Shown in pieces: positions 12,172 through 24,303 of a stretch of 64,000 nt of DNA. Made by a program: the position numbers and the translations under genes. The notes beneath the pieces were generated by a model. That model ran no database searches. It was not told where the DNA came from and saw only the letters and a program-made list of their open reading frames with translations. Origin of the DNA: Trichodelitschia bisporula (Eukaryota); the NCBI GenBank assembly GCA_010356995.1, contig ML996700.1:496001-560000 (forward strand), written 5' to 3'. The stretch's first letter is position 1; every line of letters begins with the position of its first letter.

Positions 12172-12700
12172 CTTTGTTGGGCTGCCGGTGCTGTGGGGAT
12201 TGGAGATGGGCGAGAGATGGGTGATTATGGTGTGGAGGTGGTTGAGCTTTTCGGGTGCGAGATGGGGATAATGGTGTATCTTGATGGCGAGCTCGCGGGG
12301 CCTTTTGTAGGCGGAGGAGGTTGTGAATGGCGAGCATATTCAGGGGTGAGTAGTATCCTCCCATTCACCCAGATGCTGAGCATCGATTTACAGGGTTGGT
12401 TGCCAGTATTTCCCCCGGGCACTGGGCCAGGTAACGGCCGGGCATGGACATATCAAATGATGTCCAGTGTTCACGATTCCACGATCTGAACCACTCAGTT
12501 CTAACGCTCAAGAAGATTAACTCGATGCTCGAAATACATATCCCCACAGCAACTAGACTAATCCTTCGCCAGCACTGTCGTACACTAAGTCCCAATCCGT
12601 TGTTTCGGTCCTCCGTGGTATCCAAGATGTTGTTGCCAGGTTATTGCCATATCGTCGCCCTGTCTGATGCTCTTCGGTGTCCATCGTCAATCGTCGTCGT

Positions 12701-12895
12701 CTAGGATTTGCCATGCGCAGGCACCATGAGCCCGGAGTTGGCGAGCTCCTTGCGGCAGTCGTGGCAGATGAACAGCGTCGTCGGCTTCCCCTCGGCCTCG
12801 GTGTGCTCGGGATGCCCAATTGCCATGCACTGGAAGTACACTTCCTTCTTCATCTTGCTGCATTGCTTGCAGGGCTCGAGGCGGTAGAAGCACAT
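12701..12895 (-). CDS. Small Met-Cys-starting Cys/His-rich protein (64 aa); cluster member 2
   Basis: MCFYRLEPCKQC...C...GHPEHTEAE...CHDC shares C2, Y4, P8, C9, K10, C12, K14, C23, G27, P29, H31, T32, E33 and E35 with member 1. Minus-strand TATAAA at ~13083-13088. Confidence 0.7.
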   Translation of the reverse strand: MCFYRLEPCKQCSKMKKEVYFQCMAIGHPEHTEAEGKPTTLFICHDCRKELANSGLMVPAHGKS

Positions 12896-13587
12896 GGTTG
12901 CGGTACTGTGGTCCTGAGGATTTGAGTAGGGTTCGATGTGAAGGTTCGGCGGATGGAAGTCTTGAAGATGTTTTGCTGGAGATATTCTCTGGGAAGTCAG
13001 ATCATGTGAACAGGAGGTTATCGGAGGTGTTGAAAGTGTGACGGTTGTTGGGGGAAGGAAATCTCCCAGTTACATTTTGCACTTTATATCCCCCCGAAGC
13101 ATCACCCAAGGCTTCCACACAAGGCCGTGCTGTGCTGTGTTTGGGGAGAAACAATACGCCGGTGACGTACCTTCCTTCCTCGATAACACACTGGGTCACG
13201 AGCTGCGTTATCCACTGTGACACTGTGGACTGAGGCGCTCGGTTATTTGCCTGTGGCTTTACAGATATGAATAGGGAAGGAGGAGACGAGACAGAACCTC
13301 ATCTGACGCCTCTTTGGAACACGGAGCTTAATCCGATCTACTGTCCATTCCCTTCTAGCTGGGTGAGCTGAGAGAGACATTCCGTGCTATAAGTGATCGG
13401 TCTTTTAGGAGGGCAGCTTCGTTTACTCACTACATCATCGAATACAAGAGGGGATATTCCCATTCCCGAAATCTATATGGTATCACCTGGCTTCCTACTT
13501 AGATTCCCCCCGATCATCCAGCAAAGAGCAACTCTACTGCCGACTCTCGTTCCTCCTCATAACCCAAGCACCTCACGTTACCAAAGC

Positions 13588-13911
13588 TCACCAATCGTGG
13601 ACCATAGGAACACATGCAATCTCAGCAAATCTCAGCATTCCAGAACAGGCGCCGGAGTCTGTGGCTTGGATTACAACGAAACCCCATCTATTTGCCCTTT
13701 CCATGCGCATCAGGGCGTCTCGGCTCCGTTGACGGTTGATGTCCGCACCGCAGTTGCCACACCAGTAAACGACCATCCCCGTGTCGTATTCCATATGTGG
13801 GCACTTCTTCCAAGCGGCTTTCCAACCTGCCTTCTTATGCTCGGCACATCCCTCGGTGCACATGATGATGTGAGGGCATTCAGAGTACGATGTGCTGATC
13901 TTTCAAAACAT
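13588..13911 (-). pseudogene. Paralog of the 14333-14554 small Cys protein with TGA at codon 3; cluster member 3
   Basis: Reads MF*KISTSYSECPHIIMCTEGC...CPHMEY...WCGNC, aligning to MCKRVTTSFTECGHVTTRTEKC...CPTIQY...MCGDC. Shares the duplicated 5' leader and TATA with member 4. Confidence 0.7.
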
Positions 13912-14670
13912 CTTGAGATCGAGTGGTTTGCCGATGGCGGTATGCAATGCTGAGGCGAGGGTTGTTGGAGAGTGATGATGATGAGGTTTCTGTTATTGAA
14001 GTCGAGGGTTCTTGTAGAGTAGTGTTGATGACGAGGTTTCTGTCGCGGACCATCGAGTTTATATACCCGGCAATCAGCCTGAATGCCTGACTAGGTGACG
14101 GTCGAGGCTTCACAACGTAGTTCCTTAACATATCTTTGGGAAAACAGATTTCATTCAATTTAAGGCTTAGACGGAGGCTAAGTCTCCGGCTGTCTACTAC
14201 TTCTAATTTGAATATTCCTAGCCATTTTCAAAGCCATTTTCTGCCGACGGAGCCGCTCCATAGAGCAGTTCCCGCCCAGAAAAACCGCGCCAGGACCCAG
14301 AGTCTACGATTCAACTGACGACCGAACTCCGTCTATTTACCCTGCTCCCGCGCGATCCTGGCGGCCCGGTTCGCAGCGCTCTGTTGCATAAGAATCGCCA
14401 TATTGCAGTCTCCGCACATCCATGGACGCGACTCCGTGACGTATTGTATGGTTGGGCAGGTGGCGGTGGGATTCTTGTACTGCGCATCACACTTTTCTGT
14501 GCGAGTGGTGACGTGACCGCATTCGGTGAACGATGTCGTGACCCGTTTACACATCTTGAGATCGAGTGGTTTTCCGATGGTGGTAAGCAATGCTGAAACG
14601 AGGATTCTTGGAGACTGATGATGTTGATGATGAGGTTTCTGCCGTTGAAAACTGAGTTTATATATCCGGA
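13908..14670 (-). repeat. Duplicated 5' leader/promoter (copy 1 ~13908-14070, copy 2 ~14551-14670) of the two CxH-type small Cys genes
   Basis: Both copies carry ACATCTTGAGATCGAGTGGTTT(G/T)CCGATGG(C/T)GGTA(T/A)GCAATGCTGA...GATGATGAGGTTTCTG...GAGTTTATATA(C/T)CCGG on the + strand. Confidence 0.9.
14333..14554 (-). CDS. Small Met-Cys-starting Cys/His-rich protein (73 aa); cluster member 4
   Basis: MC-x9-CGH-x7-C-x10-C...CxxC. ATG at 14554 in context CTCAAGATG; TATA about 100 nt upstream. Confidence 0.75.
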   Translation of the reverse strand: MCKRVTTSFTECGHVTTRTEKCDAQYKNPTATCPTIQYVTESRPWMCGDCNMAILMQQSAANRAARIAREQGK

Positions 14671-15354
14671 TCTATGTGAAAGCTTAGCTTAGTGATAGTA
14701 GAGACTTCACAAATGTGCGACGAATCATGAGATACCCTGACGAGTGATGGGAGAAAAGCGGTTGATGATGGAGCTAGCTATGAGCGAGGGCAGCTAGAAA
14801 TACCTCTCGAGTGTTTACACCCGAGAGGGCTGCTGCCTGCTCTAGAGACGCTACTACATACAACAATGAATGCGACTCCCATCTGGAGCCTCTACAGGGA
14901 GAGTGGGTCGGTGGGGCTTCCCACCATCGGGTGGGAAGTGACCCACCGAGACCCCCTGCTCCTGACAACCAGGGAGTACTGAAGGTGACGTCTCTATTCG
15001 GTGAGATTCTGCAAGACGATAGCGTAAGGACGAGGCCGGATACATCACCTAATCGATTCAATATGAGCGTACGGTGATAGTTTTGCCCATTGCCTGTCAG
15101 CCATGAGGATATGAAAGGGCGACGAGGCACCCTGCCTCTATTCCCATCGACACTCCCCATAAAGCAACGTTAGTATCCATATTTGCCTCCCCTACTCCTC
15201 TGGCTCTACCCCCCCAAGAATGGTAAACACCAGTGAGCGGCCTGTCAGTCGCCGAAGCCGAGCCCTCGACGCCTTCTCTCATCGAATCCGGAAGTGACTC
15301 TGGCACCCGCTCATACTAACACCTCAGACTCAACACCATTTAGCTCTCCGGTCG

Positions 15355-16466
15355 CTAGGGCTCTATGTCATATGGAGACACCACACTCTCCCACTCCGGG
15401 TGCGGAATCCGCTCTTGCATCGGGATGCTGGTCGCCTCGAACTGCTGTTCAATAGAAAGCTCGTGCTTGGGGCGCAGAAGCTCCGGGCGTCCAGCGACAC
15501 GAAGAGCCTTGTACTCCTCAAAGAACGGGAGAAAGACATCTTTACAGGCCGTGCGGGAGACCTTCTGCCGCGCAGGAATGATATGGTACTGCCGTTCAAA
15601 GTGGAGCATGTTGTCCCAGGCTTGGTGCTCCTCCTGGTATTTGTCGAACAGCGGGGACATGACATCCTGTGCGAACTTGATGAAGGCAGCGGCGTGGAGC
15701 GGGTGGAGTGGCGCCTTGTCTACGCGCGCTAGGATCATGGGTCCGGAGATCGCGGTGTCAATCTCACATGCGCCGAACTGGTAGTCCCAGTCCTTGAGAG
15801 GGACATTCCCATTGCGGCAAAACATGTCGCAGTTGCGAAAGAGATGCTGGGCGTCCGTATTAGGGTTGGTGAGAAACTGGACAGGTTGCGATCCGGGGAG
15901 CGCTGAGCGCGCCACCAGAGGAATGCCCAAGTTCTCCGTTATGGTGGAGGGCTTGTTGGTGAAGATGCTATCCTTTGGTAGTATTTTAACCTCCTCGAGG
16001 CGAGGCCACTGCTGTCGGACGGCCTGGTCGTGCGTACAGACCCAGACTGCCCACACCTATAAAGCGTCAGCACTTGATGTAGACTAGAGGATAAGTCATG
16101 ATGATAATGGGATCAGAGTAGTTAACCCTGGACTGTCCGTACCTCTGCATTCTTGCGCTTCCTCGGACTCCATAAGACGGAGAAGGGACTTGGTTTCCTG
16201 ATCGGCGAGTCGCTAATGATGGAGAAGGGGAGTGCCATGCTGAATGGTGGCACCACAGGCGAGGAGTGCCGTATACTGGACTGGGACGCAGCTGAGGGTC
16301 GCCTAAATGGATTCATCGTGTATAATCGGCGCGTTTGTGCAAAAACACTGAAAGAAGGCCTCGAGGGAAGTGGAAGTGTTGCCTTGGCAATGGGGAAGCA
16401 TGAAGTCGGCGGCCGTGTTGGGTAGAGATTCAGATCCAAGCCCGTAAATGGACTTTCTTGGGGCAT
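15355..16466 (-). CDS. Fungal hypothetical protein, ~341 aa (exons 16143-16466, 15355-16056); resembles the C-terminal domain of fungal MYND-finger-associated proteins
   Basis: An 86-nt GTACGG...GCTGAC...TAG intron joins the two ORFs in frame. Motif GPMILARVDKAPLHPLHAAAFIKFAQDVMSPLF; the family resemblance is from memory. Confidence 0.65.
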
Positions 16467-17540
16467 CGTTCTGAGTTGGAAAGCACGGTGAGTCTAGTCG
16501 CGTCCTGTCCCGTGGTGGGTGCCTGTGTAGAACCGTTCGGGAAGGCGCGAGCAGTCCTTTGACGCTCGGGGCAGCACGATAGTCAGTATTGATCGCGCTG
16601 TAGGTCCGCTGGAACGTTGAATTTATACTAACTACTTGTTACGGTGAGTTGACTGAAGCTGTACTGGAAGCGATGACGTGAATTTGGAAACATAAGCTGA
16701 CTTCAAAGCCTCAAGCTCGTCCCCAAATCAAGTACATCCTCATTGGACAAGATCCGCGCTGCCAGCTGTCAGGGCAAGCATGGCACAAGGCCAACGGACA
16801 TTTTGGGCTGTCCATCTCATAAGCTTTGAACACAGCAGATGTGACGCCCGTATTGAGCTGAAGCGCTGGCCAAACGATGCCTAAAGGTAAGGAAAGTGTT
16901 GGTGCGACTGTTGAAGCCCAAAGGCATTTGACTGCGAGAGCGACCATGTGAGGAGGAGAATTTACTGATGGCCATGATAGCCAAATATATCACCTCTGCA
17001 CCGAAGTGTTTGTGAATGAAACCCGTTCGAAAGAGAGCGACCCTTCGTGCACTTTGACTGACGAGACTTGAGATGTCGTCGCGACGCCACAACAACGTGG
17101 AGCACTCCAGGCTTGGCATAGTCAGGCACGGATGCACGGTGGCTGAGAGCATCGCAGTCACCAAAATCCAGTTCTACGCCCGATATCCCGTTTATTCTGA
17201 GGCGGACGTTATTGCTAGCCACATTTGCATAATTGTGGTTCCAATCAAGACGACAATTTGCGTTTCACCTGCAGCATCGCTTTGGCCAGCCAGTTGTGTT
17301 GTCGGAAAGCAAGTGGAGCCGAGCGGCGGCCAACGCATCCGCCAACGCGAGGCATCGCCGACCAGCACAGAACTGCTTATAACAGGATGCGCCAGCGAAC
17401 CTTCACGAGAGCCTTCACACATTATTTCACAAGCGCGTAGCCGCGAACTACTGGAAGCCTTCTACTTCCTGACCCGCAAATTTCCCGACGCAGAAGCATC
17501 GATCCGACCCCGCAAACATTTGTGAAGTTCTCAAAACACT

Positions 17541-19922
17541 ATGGACGACGCGTTGCGTTACGACCTCACGTTCGGAGATGCCAGCGTCCTCGATGAAGAC
17601 GACACCGACGATTCCTTCAGCAAACGTATGATCCGCGAAATCAATTCGACGCGTGCCGCAAACGCGCAGAGCGACCGCCCACGCGCCTTTCGCAATGCGC
17701 GCTCGAACGTTCATCTCACTCTGGAAGCGCTCGAGCGCGTCGACAAGGCCAACGACTTTCCGCCTGAGCAGCATGCAACTAGCGAACGAGGCAGTCAAAG
17801 CAGTGGTGGTGCATCGGACCCGCCGCTGAACATACCGCGAGACTGGGGACGGAAGGGCCGCAAGAGGAACGACTGGCTCAAGCGCATCGTGCTGCCCTCG
17901 AACGAGAAGGCAGGGTCGGCAGAGGATGACTGGGTTGAGGCGGCGGCAGACGTCCCTTTACCTTCTGTTGAAGACAGTCCTTTGTCGCAAAGAGCGACGC
18001 GTCTCCGCAGAAACCCGGCGTCGTTCTTGAGCAGAGAGGAGTCGCTAGAGCGGTTCGAAGATTCGGAACTCGGCCTTGAGCTTACAGAGGCGTCACTGAT
18101 TGCATCAACGCCCGCAGCGGTCACAAGAAACCCCGTGCTGGATGAGATACGGCAACGCGAACGAGAGACCGCCCGGGAAGACAGGATATACCCCTCTCCG
18201 CCACCCGAGGAGCCGCAAGAAGAGAGAACAGAGCCCGCTACTCGACCGGCGCGACGAGACACGATACGAATAACCCAGACTGTGTCGGAGACATGGACTC
18301 GCACACCTGCCACAGCTGAAAGGCAGGAGAATCAAACAGCCTCCAAGCTGATCGAAAAGACCTCGGCAGAATCCAGTGACCCATCTAAGCACGTATCCTC
18401 ACAAGCAGGCGAAAACGATGCGCCGCAGAGCCACAAACCAAACACAACTCAGCCAAAGCCAAAGCCAAGACGTGGTGCTCATGATATTCTGAAGGCTCTT
18501 GCACGAGCAGCCAGCAGCACCCCAAGCCCTGCCAGGGCGCAGGCTCCAGACAGCGTTCCAGACGAACAGCCGGCACAAGAAGAAGAACTGCGTCGCAGCA
18601 TCATCGAAACTCCCAGCGCAGCTCCGAAAGCTAGTGGCATTTTCCAGCGCACGACTCTGGGGCGGTCGGTCTCAGACAAGGTCTCCGAAAGGAGGTCTCT
18701 GGATAAGCAATCTCGACTTTTTCACGAAATCACATCCCTCATAGATACCCCACCTCCCGACACGGCCCCACGTATCGTCACCAAGCCTGCAGAAAGAATG
18801 GCCGCCTCCACCCTGCCCAAGCAGCTAGAACCCCCGACACCGGTTGTGAAGACGGGAGGGTGGGTTGACACGCCTGCCCCCACCCGCAGCAAGTCCACGG
18901 TACGCGCCGATCCGGCGGAAAAGTCAGCGACGACTGAGAAATCGACGACGTCCAAGGAGAAGGCGCCCATTCAAGCGGAGCCCCTTCCCCCGACCAGTCG
19001 TGATTTCCAGCCGTCTTCAAAAAGCGACCCAACCCCACGAGTTCGCAAGGAGCCCGAGCTCCCCCGATCCGCCCTCGCCGCGATCATTGCCCGAGCCAAG
19101 CGTGGACAGGCGGAGGATCCAATGGGCGATGCCACCATCACGTCGCTGGAGGACATTGTTCTCACACCAGACGCTACGTTCGACGACGGTGATATTACTG
19201 TGGATGCAACCCCCGAAGTGCAGCCGCCCCGTTCAGCGTCCAAAAAGCAACGCGATGACGAGGTATCTACGCTGAAAAACATGGACGCTCGGTTGAAAAC
19301 CCTGCGTGACAGTATCCACGACACGAGGCTTGGGCTAATGCGCGTCGAGAAGAAGGTCCACCCCACCGAAAAGCAGCGGTCGTCCTCGCCGGAGCAGACT
19401 CCAACAGTGTCTGGTCAGTGCAAATGCAATGAAAACATGGCCCGCGGACCGTTTCAGGCGCTGTGGGGCGCGTTCAAGAGCCTATTCTACCATCGCCGGA
19501 ACGGGAGCCTGAAGCTGACGTGGCTCGGTGCCGCATTTGCTGTCTTCTGGATCTGGTTCATCACGGAGACCATCATGTGGTATGTATTTCTAATGCGGTA
19601 TTCTGAAGATGCTAACAGAGCTAGCATCATCTATTGCCGGCCGATATATGCGTCGTACCTCACCGATGAGGGGATTTACCCGGATGCACCGGAGGCGCCG
19701 TTCGTGATTCCGACCATGCTTTTCCGCCCTTTCCGTCCGATTTGGCGCCCTGTTTTGAATACCGCCGCGACGTTTTTCCATTGGGCTTGGGGGTTTGCTT
19801 CGTACATACTTGCAGAGGGAAGGGCTCCCGACGTAGCGAAAGAGGCTTTCACTGCGACGACGAAGGTTGCCTCGCAGACGGTTGAGACTGATATGAGTAT
19901 GATGGGTGATGAACTGTTATGA
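17541..19922 (+). CDS. Conserved-looking fungal hypothetical protein: long Ser/Thr/Pro-rich region, coiled coil and C-terminal TM helix; in-frame intron 19580-19624
   Basis: 793-codon ORF; hydrophobic LTWLGAAFAVFWIWFITE; 45-nt GTATGT...GCTAAC...TAG intron. The true N-terminus is uncertain. Confidence 0.8.
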   Translation: MDDALRYDLTFGDASVLDEDDTDDSFSKRMIREINSTRAANAQSDRPRAFRNARSNVHLTLEALERVDKANDFPPEQHATSERGSQSSGGASDPPLNIPRDWGRKGRKRNDWLKRIVLPSNEKAGSAEDDWVEAAADVPLPSVEDSPLSQRATRLRRNPASFLSREESLERFEDSELGLELTEASLIASTPAAVTRNPVLDEIRQRERETAREDRIYPSPPPEEPQEERTEPATRPARRDTIRITQTVSETWTRTPATAERQENQTASKLIEKTSAESSDPSKHVSSQAGENDAPQSHKPNTTQPKPKPRRGAHDILKALARAASSTPSPARAQAPDSVPDEQPAQEEELRRSIIETPSAAPKASGIFQRTTLGRSVSDKVSERRSLDKQSRLFHEITSLIDTPPPDTAPRIVTKPAERMAASTLPKQLEPPTPVVKTGGWVDTPAPTRSKSTVRADPAEKSATTEKSTTSKEKAPIQAEPLPPTSRDFQPSSKSDPTPRVRKEPELPRSALAAIIARAKRGQAEDPMGDATITSLEDIVLTPDATFDDGDITVDATPEVQPPRSASKKQRDDEVSTLKNMDARLKTLRDSIHDTRLGLMRVEKKVHPTEKQRSSSPEQTPTVSGQCKCNENMARGPFQALWGAFKSLFYHRRNGSLKLTWLGAAFAVFWIWFITETIMWYVFLMRYSEDANRASIIYCRPIYASYLTDEGIYPDAPEAPFVIPTMLFRPFRPIWRPVLNTAATFFHWAWGFASYILAEGRAPDVAKEAFTATTKVASQTVETDMSMMGDELL

Positions 19923-20224
19923 ATTCCATGGGCCGGGCTTGCATTGCGGTGGAGTTTTGGGGTTCTGGATTTTACCGGTAGGAATTAGCTTTGGCTAGGC
20001 TTTGTCAGAAGCGAAACGATGAGCATCGCCAGGCTCAATCACGTGTTAATGATTTTCACATGAGGCAATGATCCGCGCTTCCCCGGATCATGACGTAACG
20101 GCGATCTCATCCAAACATGCCCATATCCCTACGTCTCAAAATGTCATCCTCAGCAGCTCAATAAACAACCTTCCAGCACAAAACTTCCCATTCTACTTCC
20201 CATTCAACATCAACTACATCCAAA

Positions 20225-20849
20225 ATGTCTTCGATTACCCGTTGTCACCCAACCATGCTCCGCTGCGCGTTACTCCGCCCCACCCAGCGCTTCTCCACAG
20301 CGGCCCGGCTCAGCGGCAGCGACTACGGCACCGACACCACTGACCCGCGCGGCTCACAACCCCAGAAGCAAGGTGCCAACCCATCCGCGAACAGGGAGCA
20401 TCCGGGCCCACCGCCACCCAAGAGCGGCTGGGGATCTGGGTCGACTCCGACGAAAGGCACGCGCGAGGGACACAACACGGGAGAGAGCTATCAGGCGCAG
20501 CACAAGCGGAACTTTGGCACGATGGCAGCGCGGCGGGCGGAAGACCGACCGAAGACGGCGGAGGGATTAAGGCCGCGGATTCTGGACGACAGTGCCCCGA
20601 AGGCTGTCGATGAGCCCGAGGATGTTCGGCGTCACAACGATGAGCTGGAGAACCGGGCGGAGAGGGCGCATGAGGGTGTGAAGCGGGGGACCGACGAGAA
20701 GGACAAGGTTACGAAGGGGTTCTGGTCGGGTACGTGAACTTTTTCTTTGGTGCGCTCTACTGCTAATTAACAGCCGTTTGAGGGCTTCGGACAGTTGCTA
20801 ATGTGGAGCAGGAGTTGGTGGTAAAAGCGAGGATGCGCCTCAGTCTTGA
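20225..20849 (+). CDS. Small hydrophilic hypothetical protein with a mitochondrial-presequence-like N-terminus; intron from 20730 (acceptor 20811 or 20773)
   Basis: Arg/Ser-rich, acid-free N-terminus; GTACGT donor after FWSG; two GCTAA branch sites downstream. Confidence 0.75.
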
Positions 20850-21552
20850 GGATCGCCCCCCTGTTGGGGCTAAATTGCATTGATGAGCTTGGGGTGTTGC
20901 TGAACCTGGATCCTTTGAGGGCATCTCTACAGCTAGCAGAATAAAAGGCGATTAGAACTGCTCTAAGTAGCAGATTAAATTGAGCTTTGGGTTTGAGTCC
21001 AAACGGCCGATGGCATTTGGCTCGACCCATCGGCTTTCAGCCAATCTCGATGAGGCTGTGACCGGATGTGGCTGATTTGCCTGTGGGATCTGCAGCCTGC
21101 CGCCACAATGAACACCAGTGACATCAGTTCCAGCGGCAGGATGCGGCAAAGCGTCAAGCAAAACCGGGCATTCCAGAGGTCTTGCCCCACCCACGCGCAT
21201 AACAATGGCCCTTTGAGCATCACAGGAGTGGCTGCACCACGTACCTGCTCCTGCCCTGTACCACCCCACATTAGAGAAGTCGCAGCCAAAAGCCACCCAC
21301 CCAGTCGTTTTGGTTTGCCTGTTGCTTGCAGATTGCACGTCATTGACGTAGGCCAAGCTGGGGCCTGCTTGCCTACCTGCCCATTCACCTGCCCATTCAC
21401 AAGGCCACCAGATCCTCTTTTTCACCTCAATACTTCTTCCCCCTCCTCCCTCAACCCTACTTCCTCTAGTATTCCTCGCTGGTTCAGTGACGAAACCCCA
21501 CAAACATCTCCTCTACCCTTGATTCCCTACAATCAAACCGCATCAGTTCATC

Positions 21553-22935
21553 ATGCGTTTCAATCGCATTTCCTGCCTCGTGGCCGGTGTCCTCGTCACT
21601 GCGAATGGCGTCGCTGCGAGCACCTGGTTTGGCAAGGCCGGTACGTGAGCTTCGTATTTGCATATTTTGCTTCTTGCGTCTAATTTTGTCAGTGTACAAC
21701 AAGTGGCACGAGACTGAGCTCGAGCGCTGGTTGTCAGATCACGACATTCCGTACCCGACTCCTGCGGACCGCAAGGACCTGGAGAACTTGGTCAAGGACA
21801 ACTGGAACGCACAGGTTGCTCAGCCGTACAACAGCTGGGATGTGAACCAGTTGCAGAAGTACCTATCTACGAAGGGTGCCGATACCCAGAAGTCGGCGGT
21901 GAAGCAGAAGGACAGCCTTGTCAATTCGGTCAAGAGCTACTTCACAGAGACTGAGGAGCAGGCGTCCGAATCGATGGGCAACGTTCGCGATTGGATCTTC
22001 TCTAGGTGAGTTTTGCAGAGTTCTTCCGTTTTGTCCCCGTTAACGTGAACAGCTGGTCCGATTCTCAGATCAAGGCCTTTCTTGACCGCCATGGCATCCC
22101 CAACCCCCAGCCTCGCACGCGTGACTCCCTCCTCAAGACCGCTCGCGAGAACTACCAGTCTATCGCCAACAAGGTCGGTCAGACTGCCTCGTATCCCGGA
22201 GACTGGCTGTATGAGAACTGGTCGGAGTCTGATTTGAAGGCGTGGTGCGACGAACGTGGCATCCCGGTCCCGCAGCCTACCTCTCGTGATCGCCTCATTG
22301 CTACGGTCCGTCGTAACTCGCGCACCGCCTCCCAGCAGCTCAACAGCAATTACTCTTCCCTCTCCGCCTCGGCCGCCTCGGCGACTCAGAGCCTGAGCGA
22401 CGCTCTGTTCGATTCCTGGTCCGACAGCCAGCTGAAGAAGTGGGCGGACGAGAACGGTCTGAAGGTCCCGCAGGGCTCGCGCCGCAACGAACTCATCGCC
22501 CTGGCTCGCAAGCACCGTGCCAACCTGGCAGCCTCGGGCAGCAGTGTATCGGCCTCGGCCTCGAGTGGATTCCACGCTGCCACCACCTCTGCTGGCAACG
22601 AGTACGCTAAGGCTACCGCTGGTGCGGCGGACACGTGGTGGGAGTACATCAACTGGGCTAAGGCCAAGGCTGGTTTTGCTGCCTCAGACGCGTCTGCTAG
22701 CGGTTCGTCCGCTTACAGCGTAGCGTCCGCGTCCGCGAGCAGCCTGAGCAGCAGCCTGAGCTCCAAGGCCTCGAGTGCCAGCGCGAGCGCGTACAGCAAG
22801 GCTGTGAAGGCCGGCAGCAAGACCAAGGAGGCTTCGAAGTCGGGCGCTGCGGCGGCTAGCAGCATTAGCAAGGCGTCGAGCAAGGCCGTGGAGGCTGCGA
22901 TCAAGGCTACGAGCGCGCTTAAGCAGGAGTTGTAG
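21553..22935 (+). CDS. ish1: Ish1/Msc1 stress-response nuclear-envelope/ER protein, ~427 aa; introns 21641-21692 and 22006-22052
   Basis: Signal peptide; repeated Ish1 motifs W(H/S)xx(E/Q/D)LxxWLxxHxIPxP; C-terminal KQEL; canonical introns restore the frame. Confidence 0.9.
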
Positions 22936-23344
22936 ATGCTGATATCCATGGTGGTGTTGGTGGTCAAGGCGACTGTGGAGAGGTGCTAGTGGATTCAAAA
23001 TGATGGACGGTTATGACCGGTGTTTCTTGCGATGACCATGTTCTCAGTGTTTTGATTGTTCTGTTCAGTCGGGATTCTGTAGAGTATGGAGTATGACGGC
23101 AGCATTATGATCGATAGGCCTGCAAACTCTAGTGTCCTGAGATGTGTCTGAGTGATTGAACTTTGTCGTGCTTCTCATCTGTCAGTGAACGTATCAACCC
23201 TGGAACGGGCTAGGACATATCCAATGCAGCCACACGAGCCCGGAACCGAGAACAAAAAGTGCTATCAGCCAAGCCCCAATTCCAGTGTACTTCCTGCGGG
23301 CTCGAACCATGGACCCCTCATCGACATCTGGTCACCTGGTGCCC

Positions 23345-23442
23345 ATATGATGTCTTGTCATCCGCTCGCTCCACCAGCGCTCTCTCATCTTACCTCGAAA
23401 CATATGCTCGTCGATTGCAAACGAATGCTCCTTCCACCATCA
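23345..23442 (-). repeat. Dispersed AGGAGCA double-box element, copy H (no adjacent CT tract)
   Basis: Minus strand: TGATG...AGGAGCA (23432), ACGAGCATAT (23411; +21), CATCAT (23352; +59 from box 2). Confidence 0.6.
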
Positions 23443-24303
23443 CTGTTTCTCTCTAAGATAGTATTCTGAATCAACTACTAGAACTAATCAAGGGTTTCAC
23501 ACCGCACTGCTGAACGTCGCCAACAGAATACTCCGGGCGCTGAATACACCTGTCTGCTCCTAGCTCACTCACGCATATTCATATAAACCACAGTAAGTCT
23601 CAGCTGTCCCCGATGGCCGGTATATGTTAACGAGTCTCATACGAAGCCAATCGATCCAAGAGTTGCTTAGACCTTGGTTGATCGTTCATGTCGATGGAAA
23701 AAGTCGCTTCGGGAGTACATGTGTGAAATGTCGTCACAGCATTCATCGGAGGCTATTCTCTTTGTATGATGACCTTTCCAAGGGCGGACTAAAAGAGAAG
23801 GAACTCGTTCTTAAACGTAAGCACAGTGAATGACAACAGCATTGCCAGTGAAATGTCGAAGGACACGCAAAAAAGTCGTGATCGCCATTCTTAAAGACTT
23901 TTGCGGACCCGGCGGCGACAACCTTTTCACGCCTCCTCTATGCACGCCTTGGATCCGGATCATCCTTTTACCGGTATATTGTGGTTCGTGCCTCCGTGAA
24001 TGCTCCACAGACCTCAAACTCGCGGAGCCTGGCAAACGACTTCCATCAATCTCAATAGCACTTCTCCAGCCCTGATCTTGCAATATCATTTCCGAGCCCC
24101 ATTCTCATCCTCTGGCTCTTAACCACCTCATTTTTCTACCATTCCCTGCCTACGGAGAATCATCGCATCTGGAAGACATTGTTCATCACCTTTGTCAGTT
24201 TCATTTAGCGTTTGCAAGGATTATTCCCAGCCACTGAGGTAGCGCCGCGCCTTGCGACGCTGGGCAGAGCATTTCGCGGAACCAGTTTGACGATCCTCGC
24301 ACG

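Noticed and set aside
17073..17525. 150-codon ORF in frame with the 17541 gene, separated by one TGA (possible readthrough)
   Set aside because: The product has no features resembling the downstream protein, and there is no readthrough or splice evidence; could be chance.
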